NCBI GenBank assembly: GCA_038496445.1
Contig: JALMLS010000081.1
Coordinates: 124,001-188,000 of the forward strand
Origin: Trichosphaerium sp. ATCC 40318
Taxonomy: Eukaryota; Protista; Tubulinea
Length of the DNA: 64,000 bases
Direction: 5' to 3'
The notes under the pieces were generated by a model. The model had not been told where the DNA came from, ran no database searches, and saw nothing but the letters and a program-made list of their open reading frames with translations. The position numbers and the translations under genes are program-made. Below, piece after piece: positions 1 through 11,018 of the stretch. Positions within the stretch are counted from its first letter, which is position 1. Every line of letters starts with the position of its first letter.

Positions 1-983
1 CATTCATTGGCACTGCTTTAAAATACCTACATTACGTACAAAACAGCATCGCAGGGAGTATGGGTACATTTTTGAGGTGGGTGTGTCTGATTGTTTTCGT
101 TTGTGGCGTATTTTCGCAAACCGTAGCTCGTACGTGATTTGGTGTTACTGTAGACAGGTTTTTCCGAATTGCCACACAAACAAACCTTTTTGGTAATTTT
201 TTTCAAATTTACTGCCGCTTTACTGCGCCGTAACGCAAGTTACATTGCCTGGTAGAACAGGATGTATTGTTGATCCTTTTTGGCTGTTTTAGATGTTGTT
301 CCGCGTTAAATAGACTAACACTGCATCAGCGTCAGCTAACAAGGCAGAAGATAAGCTAGTGACAGGTGTCGCCATAGTACGTAATTAATTTGTACTAGCG
401 CACAACATTTCTCTAGGCGGTAGTGGTAGTACTCTTGTTGGCTCTTGGCGGCTTTCTACTGTTTCTATGGCTAAGGTAGGCGTTTGCCAATCTCATTTCC
501 TCCCCTTTTGTTGACACGACGTGTAGAAATCGGTATTTACGATCTCTAAAAACATACAAGCAAAAATCGGTACAGTCTAACGGTTTTTTTGATGTTACTG
601 CATTTGTTTTGTCACAGCACGTGAAGTGCTCATAACCACTATTTTACGCACGCACGTGTGGCAAAAATTACGCGTGACACGTGCACTATACAATTACTTT
701 GGTGACTAATGAAGCTGTAGGAGGAGAAGCTCACAGGCTGGAAGCTCTGGGTTAAAATATTCTTTCAGTTCATTCTCATAGGCACGCTTGTCTTATAGTA
801 CATCCTCCACGTCAAACTGATTAACTTGCTTTAGAGCTTATCTCATTGGGTGCGCGTTTGCATCGAAAACGGTATTTAGCATAACTTGTCAATAGTTTTT
901 ACCATCGTGGGGATCATCTCGTTAGAGCAGCGAACAGGTACACTGCAACAGCTTGTGACTTTACGTGTTGTTGTTATTAAAGT

Positions 984-2480
984 TTGTGGTTAGAGGCTGA
1001 ATGGCGAGGCTTGGACATTGGCGCTATACGCATAGCGTTCTACGTCATTAATGTGGGGCTAAAATACCTGTTGTTGATTGCTGGCTATTTGTTGGAATAT
1101 AAATTCACCAACATCAAAATGCACGCGAAACCACTTCTTATCTTTTATATCACCCATGGCGCTAAGCTCTAATCCTTAATCTAGGCGTATTACAGTGTAC
1201 TTGGGATTGCGACCTGATTGGCTAGAGCTACTAGAAGGGTACCTACACATCCATCTAGCTTTATATTTTATTCTGGCTTTCTTTGTGTTATGCTACTGGC
1301 AGAGATGTAACCAACTGTGTAGATTTGTATTCATTCCTTCTGTTATAATAGATGGCTTTCTTGTAAACGCTGAATTCTTTGTTAATGATACTGTGAGCTT
1401 CTTTTCTTTCTATGCATCATGCACTCATCTTTTTTTTTTAAGGGCGATTTATTTGACTACGATTCCATCGTCCTCCTTGTTTTGGATACTATTCTCTACA
1501 TTAAATTCGTCATCATGTTTACACTCCAGCTGCACAGGGCAGAGCCTGTCGGTTATTGGTGGACGTATCATGTGCTTGCTATAATGGTACCTACCGCGAG
1601 TTACTTTAATCTACATAAAGCTGTAGCCCACACAAAAACTTAACTTCTTTTTGGTAGTATTCGTTGCTCATGTTCATCTATAATCTCACCGTTATCTTTT
1701 TACTTGTATTGGTTCATCTCAATGCAATTGAAGAGAGTGGCATGGACGTAACTGTGGACATGTGGCTGGTACGTTATTACCAAGAGTTGATTTGGTCAGG
1801 TCCACTAACTTGGATTATTGCAGCTCATATTCAACGTTGTAGTACACCAATATTTGTCCTCTTACTCTAGTATGGTTAATCAAGGCATTACTACATTACA
1901 TAGAGGCTTCAAACAAATGCCAAAGCTTGAGGCAAAGGTACAATATCTCGACTAGCTACTACTATACAGTATAATTTATTTTAACCTTATGGGAAATAGC
2001 AAATTCGAATATTCCTCATATATTTCAGAGGTACACTACTACAAATCACGTCATTTGTGTTAATCTCGTCGCTGTTTTTAGAGGTGTGGTATATGATGCT
2101 CATTAATGTGGTTGTTTATGCTGTCACATACTATATGTACGCTGTTGTTTGGCTCATCACAGCACGTGTTGCAACCAGTATCCGTGATGAGGTTGTTCTC
2201 AAAATTGGTGCGCATTTGTTTGCCTGCGGTAATATGTCGTTTTAATCCAATTCTATGCACAGGTATATACATGGTGCTTGTATTGGCTAATGTTTTGAAT
2301 GGGTTTTTTATGGTTAACTTAATATATGGCACATTGAAGCGCATTGGTTCTTGGCTGCGGTGCAGCATACAGTTGAATGATAACATAGGTTTAGATTGTC
2401 GAACATATGCCAAGCAGATCAACAAAATCATTGCTGGCCGTGCTAGCTTTTCTTGTGATGTACACATGCAGATTCGTTAG
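984..2480 (+). CDS. Putative multi-exon multi-pass membrane protein (possibly degraded)
   Basis: Chain of overlapping hydrophobic + strand ORFs separated by GT..AG-like segments. No family motif recognised and boundaries are uncertain. Confidence 0.25.
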
Positions 2481-2942
2481 CCTTTTGTTGTTGTTTTGTA
2501 CTATAATACAGTTCTTTGATGAATAATTTGTTATTTTAATTTACTTTATATACATTCAAATTATTTGCTTTTCCTTGCCTTAGTACAATCTGACTGAGTT
2601 CAAAAAAATGCTTGGAACCCATAATCACCTGTAAAAAGTGGTTTAATAGAGTTATTAGGCTAATATCCTTAAACTGCTCAAATACATATTTTCTGTTGTT
2701 TTTGTCTAAAAATGATGATCTCCAAACCACCATGAAACCACACATTGTACCTAAATATACCCAATGCTACATTTATTTTACTTTTTCACATGATTGCCTC
2801 ATTGGGCACAAAGCTGAACAATTAGCAAAAGTGTATAAAAAAGGTAGAAAAGTATTAACAAGCCAATAACTACTTTTTTCCATTGGCTCCTGTTTTGATA
2901 TTCACAAGTGTAAAAAAAAGAAAAATGTTGCTGTATCCTAAT

Positions 2943-4869
2943 CAAGGCTGAAAATAAACAAGGCTTTGCCTTAAATACAAAAGCATTTTTGTAAAATCAG
3001 GCATTAATGGCAAAAATCAGGCATTCAAAAATGGCAATGCCTGATTTTGCAAAGGCAATGGCAACAAAGGCAAAAATCAGGCATTGAAATAAAGCTTTGT
3101 TGGGCATTGCCTTAATTGTTGCAATGCCTTGTTTTTTTAGGCAATGCCTGCTCTAGTTTGTTTATGCATTGCCAGCCTTAAATTTACAGACACCAATTAG
3201 ACATTGTTTGTGTACACATTGTGTGTTAAGGATACATTGGTTTAAGCTAAGTCTCCACCACACCAACAATTCTTAAAGTTTTTTTTTCATTTACTACTGA
3301 TGTTTTATATAGACAATGTCACCATGCATGTAGTATCTTATGGATTCTAATGAAACCACTGCCATTCGAACCACAGCACCCAAATGCACCTACAACAGGA
3401 GTACAGGTACTTTAAACCATTTTTCCAGTCTGTGAAAATATTATTGGTACCAATAATTTGTTACTTTTTTTTCTAGTTGAAGGTTTTTTTTCACATGAAG
3501 GACATTGAAGGTTTTTGTGTTTTGTACTGTACTTTAATAAATGAATCACTATTGTATGCCTATATAAAGCCTTGTTTTATGAGTGAATAGTGCCTGGGTT
3601 ATGCCCAAAAATTGAGGACAAAAATGCCTTATTGTAGCACAAAAAACGAGGCATTATTGGACCAATCAGGGCTGAAACTCAGCTAGGCATTGCCTTAAAA
3701 AATGATGCATATTCCTAACATTTGGCATCGGATGGCAAAATCAAGGCATTTGCATTTGGCATTGCCCAATAAAATAAGGCATTTTTACAAAAAGGCAATG
3801 CCTTCATCAAAAAGGCATTAAAACCAGGCATTTTTTGGCATTGTTTGGCATTGCATAAAATCAGGTAATGCCTTGTATTGCATTTTTTGGCATTGCATAA
3901 AATCAAGTAATGCCCTGTATTGCAAGTACTTTATGCCTTTATTATGCCTTATTTTTTTAAGCATTATATGCCTTGTATTTTAATTCATATATAAGGCATT
4001 GCCTATACTATATCATAGGGACTGATCACTTTAAGGAAGTGTTTTAAGGTAAGTAACAGTCAAACAACTTTTACACTTTTTTTTCCACATCACCTACTGA
4101 CGTTTTATATAGACAGGCATCTAGCGCTCTTAGTAATTGATGAAATTAGACGAAACCACCGCCAAACGAACCGCAGCACCCTATTTCACCTACAACAGTA
4201 GTAGGAGTGAACTCCGCGATATTTCCAGGACCGCGGAATTCTAACACTACAAGGTAAGTTTTTTTTTTCTACACCATCTCATATTTTCTTTAAGGTTTTT
4301 TCAAATGTGGACTTAGGAGTTTTGTGTATTGTATGTGTACTGTATTATAAAATAAATAGTTGTGTTATTACCTGAAAATGCCCTGGTTTATTAAGCACTG
4401 TAGACTATGATAATGCTGTCTTTTTGCCTTCAAAATAAGGCATTGATGCATGAGTTATGCCCTAATTTGAAGGCATAATTCTTTAAAATATGCAGGCAAA
4501 ACCATTGCAATCTTGTGTACCAGATGCAAGCATTTTTCATCAAATATAAGGCATTTTTGGAGCAAAAAATAAGGCATTGCCCTATATTTGCCTTTTTGAA
4601 TGAGGCAAAAACTAGGCATTTTTGTAAAAAATAAGGCATAATTTGGATGAAAATGCCTAGGCATTGTCCAAAAATGCCTTGTTGAGTTTCAGCCCTGTTG
4701 CTTGCTATTTGGCCCAAATATGAGGCCCCAAAGCCCAAAATTACAAAGCAATACCTCCTATTTGCTCTTTTTTTCTGGCAAAAACAAAGCAATTTGGTGC
4801 AAAATAAGGCTGTACTTGGTGGCAAAAAAACCACTTTTCCAAAAAAAGCCTTATTTAGTTTCAGCCTTG
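2943..4869. mobile_element. Non-autonomous TIR DNA transposon (outer copy), TSD AT
   Basis: caaggctgaaaataaacaaggcttt at 2943 is the inverted match (2 mismatches) of aaagccttatttagtttcagccttg ending 4869. AT on both flanks. Dense AGGCA/TGCCT subterminal motifs. Confidence 0.75.
3667..4697. mobile_element. Non-autonomous TIR transposon of the same family, nested in 2943-4869
   Basis: Perfect 15-bp TIR cagggctgaaactca (3667-3681) / tgagtttcagccctg (4683-4697). Internal ~4050-4400 is homologous to ~3260-3600. Flanks AT/TT do not form a perfect TSD. Confidence 0.75.
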
Positions 4870-5027
4870 ATAAAAAGTGCCACCAAAAAAGGAAAACTCA
4901 GGTTTTGTAATAACAAAGAAGAATGAAACAGTGGTGGAATCAGACAAAATACGCGTGCCTAAAATGTGCCATTTGCGTGGAAAATAAACGTGCCCAAAAC
5001 GTGCCATTTGCGTGTTTTAACCATGTT

Positions 5028-5406
5028 CTGTCCTTAATAGAAATTTGGAGAAAAATTCAAAATAAAAAAATTGACAAACTCAAAACTCAACCATCTCACC
5101 CCAAAGCCGATCGCCTCCAATTGTTAACAATAAAACATGTATTTCCACCCAAGTAAGCAGTAGTTAGGTTTGTATCAGCATGGCTCTAAAAGTAGGCGAA
5201 AAAATCTAAAAATACCCAAAAACCAACAATTTCTTGATTTTCCTATTTTTTGTGAATAACTCAGGTCTACTAGTACGAATCCTTTAAAAAACAAAGTATG
5301 GCCCACTATTAGGTACAATGCATGGTTTCGTGGTGGTTTGGGGTTTGGTGTCCCTTTTTAAGGCAAAAATGATAGAAAATAGGTATTTAGGGTAGTTTAA
5401 GGATAT
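5028..5406 (+). repeat. ~379-bp direct repeat, copy 1
   Basis: Near-identical to 7441-7819. Diverged partial copy at ~10310-10455 and inverted partial copy at ~7190-7246. Confidence 0.9.
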
Positions 5407-5407
5407 T

Positions 5408-7042
5408 AGTGCTGTCATAATAACCATAAAACAAAAACCAGTTGACAATATTTTTCCATATATTATCTATTTCCTGTGGAATAAGAAGTGGTCTAGCAAA
5501 ATATAAGATTTGAGATTGAGCATAAGTGCGAAGGATGGAGTGCTTAGCTCTGAGAGTTTTAGCATAGGGTTTCCATGAGTTGAGAGACTTGATAATATTT
5601 TCCAACCCTTTGTGAAAATCAAAAGTGAGAGTTTTATGGGAAAAGAGTGAAAAACCAAGATATTTGTGGACCTAGCTGAAGGCAGTAATTGAGGAATATT
5701 ACCAACCACATTTATTTGAAAACACTTGGCTTGATTTAAAAACAGGCCAGAGGCCTTAGAGAACTTATTAATAAGGTTTAAACAAAAATCAATGTCTTTG
5801 GTGGAGGAAGAAGTGAGCAGAGCGTCATCTGCAAACAGAATTTGTTTTAAAAGTAAAAACGTAGCTTTGGCTCCAGTAACATCTTGACATTGGTTAATCC
5901 TACGATTAAGAGGTTCCAGCATGATGGCAAAAAGAGTTGGTGAAAGAGGATTGCCTTGGCCAGTGCCTCTCTCTACTATGAACATTTTGTTGGAAACAAC
6001 TCCATTAATACAAATAGCTACTTGTATTTGAAGTTGTTTTACCAGGGCAACAGCAATAGTTTTTGGCACTCCAATGTGTATGAGAAGTTTAACTAGAATA
6101 TTGTGAGCACAACTGTCAAAGGCTTTTTTGTTGTCCAAAGGACTGAGAGATAATGGTGTGCCAGAATGCTGATGAGCTTCTACAATTTCCAAGGTGGCTA
6201 TCTGATTGTCAACAATGTCACGACCTGGAATAAACCCATTTTGGTTAGAACTAATAATGGATGGAAAGAAATTGAGTAGCCTGGTATTGATAATCTTCAT
6301 GAAGATTTTGTAATCGTTGTTGAGTAACACTATTGGCCTATAATTGTCAAGTAGGCTGGGATCATTTTTCTTGTATAGCGGACATATAATACCCCTACCA
6401 AACCAATCATGGTTAGAACCTTGCATGATGTCATTGAATAAAGGGCAAAGATGTCTAGCAATAGAAGAACCTAAGTCTTTGTACAAACACATAGATACTC
6501 CATCAGGACCTGGAGCTTTGTTTGATGGCATAGACTTAATGGCATCCAGGATTTCTTTGAGGGTAATAGGTTTTGACATGCTGTTAGAGATACGATCTTT
6601 ACACAAAACATTCCAATAAGATAAAAACTCGTCCATACCTGCTTCATCTCCACTCCAGTTTGCATAAAGGTTTTTCTTATAGTAAAGCAGACCTTTATTG
6701 AGCATGCCAGGAAGGCGAGAGTCCATCGGATGGTTAGCAGAGCGACGAAGCTCCTTAATATGTTGAGACGCTTGCTTGTCTTTGAGGATTTTGGTGAGAT
6801 AAGGTGACGGCGTTTCCTCGCTGGTCACTCGAGACACTTGGGAACACATGGACATGAACTCATGGCGTTCTGCCATGAGTTCTAGGTAACGGGCTTCTTC
6901 TTCTGGCGTCAGGCTGTTGTTGTTGGCTATTTTGAGAGTGTACTCTTTCCAAAATCTAATCCGTTTGTTAAGAAAAATTTTTTGGTTACACTTGGCATCT
7001 CTAATAAGCGCTGCTTTGAGTTCTTTATAGTCCAAAGGATAT
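5408..7042 (-). pseudogene. Truncated non-LTR (L1/Tx1/TRE-like) reverse transcriptase
   Basis: Motifs KAPGPDG, YRPIVLLNNDYK, QNGFIPGR, DNKKAFDS, GQGNPLSP, FADD. Frameshift near 5665 (KYLGF lies in another frame, continuing into ORF 5387-5605). No endonuclease domain; both ends truncated. Confidence 0.9.
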
Positions 7043-7440
7043 GTGGAAAATAAACATGTCCAAAACATGCTCAAAACATGCAATTCACATGCTGTCAGAT
7101 TCCACCACTGTTAAGATTTGCTGTTTCAACACATCAAAGCTACTTTATTTGGCACAAACACTGACATTTCTCTTGAAAAACATATTTTTTATGGAGTTTT
7201 AGATTTTTCCAGTTACTTTTAAAACCATGCTGCTACAAACCTAACAATGCTATTGGCAATATTATCATCAAATGTATATCACCAAATCTGAATCTGAGGC
7301 TACTCTAAAATATTCAATCAATAAGGAAAAATTTCTGTTGCAATAGATGCCCAATCACTTGAAAAATATCTGCAATACAATAATACATAACTGAATAAAG
7401 TTTTAATGTACTTTTTGACAAACACTCTTTTTTAGCTACC

Positions 7441-7819
7441 CTGTCCTTAATAGAAATTTGGAGAAAAATTCAAAATAAAAAAATTGACAAACTCAAAACT
7501 CAACCATCTCACCCCAAAGCCGATCGCCTCCAATCGTCAACAATAAAACATGTATTTTCACCCAAGTAAGCAGTAGTTAGGTTTGTATCAGCATGGCTCT
7601 AAAAGTAGGCGAAAAAATCTAAAAATACCCAAAAACCAACAATTTCTTGATTTTCCTATTTTTCGTGAATAACTCAGGTCTACTAGTACAAATCCTTTAA
7701 AAAACAAAGTATGGCCCACTATTAGGTATGATGCATGGTTTTGTGGTTGTTTGGGGTTCAGTGCCCCTTTTTAAGGCAAAAACGATAGAAAATAGGTATT
7801 TAGGGTAGTTTAAGGATAT
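7441..7819 (+). repeat. ~379-bp direct repeat, copy 2
   Basis: Near-identical to 5028-5406. Many of the differences are at CpG sites. Confidence 0.9.
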
Positions 7820-9000
7820 CTCTATGCGCTGAATAGCTAAAAGAGGATTTCCAATACTCCGAATAGTGTTAAACAACTTTAAACACACTGTAGAAACGCT
7901 ACCTGCAAGTACAGCTCATAATGTTGAGAATAAAAAAAACGGTTTGTGGTTCACACGTGTTTCATATTTTACAAGGTCTAAGTGCTTCAAACATGAACTT
8001 CTTGTAGAGGTAGGGTTTTTATGGCCTCTAAAGTGCAGTTGAACGAAGGTACGGAACCGAAAAACGCTAAATAATGAAAGATGTCTTCAATGGGTTTATA
8101 CTCCTTCGGAATAGTACCACACTCATGTTTACGCGTAAAATAAGATGCCAATCTACTTTAAGCTTCCCAATTAGCTCGTCTAATGTAAATTGTTGATAGA
8201 TCCTAATGAATGGCCTCGTTAGCTGGCGTAATCATAGCTGTGCTTGGGATGCTGTATACACAGGTTTACAGTCTGTTGGTGATAACGTACATTTTTGAAG
8301 CTGCAAGTGGATTTACACGTGCTAGGTGTTTCCTACTCTTTCAGTGCTTTTGAGAGATCCAAGCACAGAAAATAAAGAATTATTCATTAAACAGTTTTTG
8401 GCTGATCTCTATGAACGTTTTCCGAAGGAGAAAAAGAAGATTGAAGCGGCATATATCAAACAACGTTCTGGCATATATTCAACACTATTCAATGTTGATG
8501 CTGTTCATGAGTTTGTGCAACAACAATGTCTTGCTTTTCATGCGACCTATGAGTATGATGTACAATGCAACTGTGAAGGTATTGTGCCCATATTTATAGC
8601 TATAACATCGCATAGAATACCAAACAAAACCTGTGTTTGTTTTTGCACCTAGAAGCGTCCAACACAATTTTGAAGAATGGGTAAACAAGAAAATTGGCAG
8701 AGCTTCAAACTGCAAAACATGTCGCTATGGTGGTTCCAAAGAAATCAAGGCATACAATATCTCAACATTACAGTGCTTACACAATTATAGGCTATTACTT
8801 TGCCGTTGTTACTTACAGTACTGCCAAAGAATGATTTCAATAACATTCCAGAGTTGTTTATGCATAACAAACAGTACTAACATAATTATGGTTTCATTTA
8901 ACTTTACATAGTGAGTGGAAAGCACAGTACATAATTATGTGGCAGCCAAATCCAAAACATTTTACATGTTACGTCAGCAGTAGTGAAATCGGGATTTTGA

Positions 9001-9185
9001 CACGTACAATATACGTACGTGGCACGTACTTTTCACACGTACAATATACGTACGTGGCACGTACTTTTCACACGTACAATATACGTACGTGCCACGTACT
9101 TTTTCACACGTACAATATACGTACGTGCCACGTACTTTTCACACGTACAATATACGTATGTGGCACGTACGTGTTACGTACGTAT
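9001..9185 (+). repeat. 35-bp tandem array (~5 units), cacgtacaatatacgtacgtg(g/c)cacgtacttttca
   Basis: Period 35-36 nt, units starting at 9001, 9036, 9071, 9107. Confidence 0.95.
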
Positions 9186-10608
9186 TAAACAAAATAAGTA
9201 AAATTGTACAAAAAGAACTGTATCAACAGTTTCTACTATGTACATCATAATAAACCATACTATTGAGAAATTGTATTTTATTTAACCATTAATTTGGCAT
9301 GGTATGTTTGTAATGATTTTCCAAATATGTTTTGTTTCCATTGGATCAAGTACTACAGCTGTGTTTCTGATTATGTTATTTGCTGTAACAGTACTGTAAT
9401 CAAGATTTTGGCATATACAAAACCTGTATATGACACATACTTTTGCCTTGTACTGTGACACATACTTTTGACATGTACCTAACCTGCATGTGGTACGTAC
9501 TTACTCAAAGGTATGTTAAAGTATCTGACATTGTCAAACACAACCCAACCCAAACCTACTTTTTTTTTTTTTTTTTCAAAAAAGGTGAGTTTATTGTGCC
9601 AACCCAAACCTACTGATAAAATGGCCTTTTACACTAAAAATTATGTTGATAACAGTTGAAAGGTTCACAAAATGCTTAACTCTGTTAGTTTTTTAAGGAG
9701 AATCAACAAACCACATGATATTTTGGAGATTTCAAAAAATTACTTTCTGCCAGACACACAAATAGCCAGTGTATCCTTTACAATGTCATTGTCTCTTTTT
9801 TGAATGAAACTATGCCAAAGCTATTGGAAGTATGTTTGTCAAACATATCTCACCAAATCTAAATGGATGGTCTGACTATACTTTGAAATATTCATCTAAC
9901 AAAGAAACAGCTATACAAAACAGTTTTGTTATGCATTGTATCTAAATGGCCAACTTTATTTTTTTGAACTATATGTAAAACAACTTGTAAAAAAATGCAT
10001 GCCTGGCCTGTATGTGTGGCATGTACTTTCAAACTGTATCTAATTTGTATGTGGCATGTACTTTTAACATGTACATAAAAAAGGTAAAAAAAATTTGCCC
10101 AAAATTCTGGCATTTGGTAGCCAAAAAATTCAAAAAAAATCTCAAAAAATAACAGACAGCTTGTAGTCGCAAGGTACGAAACCATGTATTATTAATAAAA
10201 GAGGGTGTTTTAGGATTATTAGGGCATTTACTTAAAAACTAGAGGAGAAAACTTAATAAAGTGCAAAATGTAGCTTTTTGCTGTGTTTTGTTGTTTTATT
10301 GCATAACTTAGGTCTCTTTGTACGAACCACTCAGAAAATGTAGCATTAGGTATAATTAGGTACAATGCATGGTTTCATGGTGGTTTGGGGTTCAGTGCAC
10401 CATTTTTAGGCAAAAACGACAGAAAATATGTATTTGGAGTAGTTTAAGGATATTATGGCTTAATAGCTCTATTAAACCACTTTTTAAAGGCGATTATGGG
10501 TTTCAAGCATTTTTCTGAAGTAGTCGTTAAGTTGTGGTGGTTAAGTTGCAGTTGTAGGTTGGTAAGGCATGATGATAGAAATATCTCCTGAAACATGGTC
10601 GTTTAGTG

Positions 10609-10668
10609 GTAATGTATTGTAATGTATTGTAATGTATTGTATTGTAATGTATTGTAATGTATATGTAG
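10609..10668 (+). repeat. (GTAAT/GTATT)n microsatellite
   Basis: Pentamer tandem repeat read directly. Confidence 0.85.
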
Positions 10669-10740
10669 TTGTAATTACCAATAAACCAATCCATCGTTTT
10701 TAGTATTTTTTGTTCAAAACGAGGCAAAATTCCAACTTTT

Positions 10741-11018
10741 GACATGTACAATATACGTACGTGGCACGTACTTTTCACACGTACAATATACGTACGTGGC
10801 ACGTACTTTTCGCACGTACAATATACGTACGTGGCACGTACTTTTCGCACGTACAATATACGTACGTGGCACGTACTTTTCACACGTACAATATACGTAC
10901 GTGCCACGTACTTTTCACACGGATGAAATACGTACGTGGCACGTATTTTGACACGTACAATATACGTACGTGCCACGTACTTTTTCACACGTACAATATA
11001 CGTACTTCACACGTACTT
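10741..11018 (+). repeat. 35-bp tandem array (~8 units), same unit and orientation as 9001-9185
   Basis: Read directly from the sequence. Confidence 0.95.

Noticed and set aside
3715-5156. Short ORFs in the AGGCA-rich repeats
   Set aside because: Low-complexity translations with no transposase motifs.
5028-7819. LTR retrotransposon (379-bp direct repeats around an RT)
   Set aside because: The RT is non-LTR type. There is no TG..CA, PBS, gag or integrase, and the repeats are internal parts of a TIR family.
9001-11018. CRISPR-like 35-bp repeats
   Set aside because: Units are contiguous with no unique spacers, no cas genes, and a eukaryotic context. They are transposon subterminal arrays.
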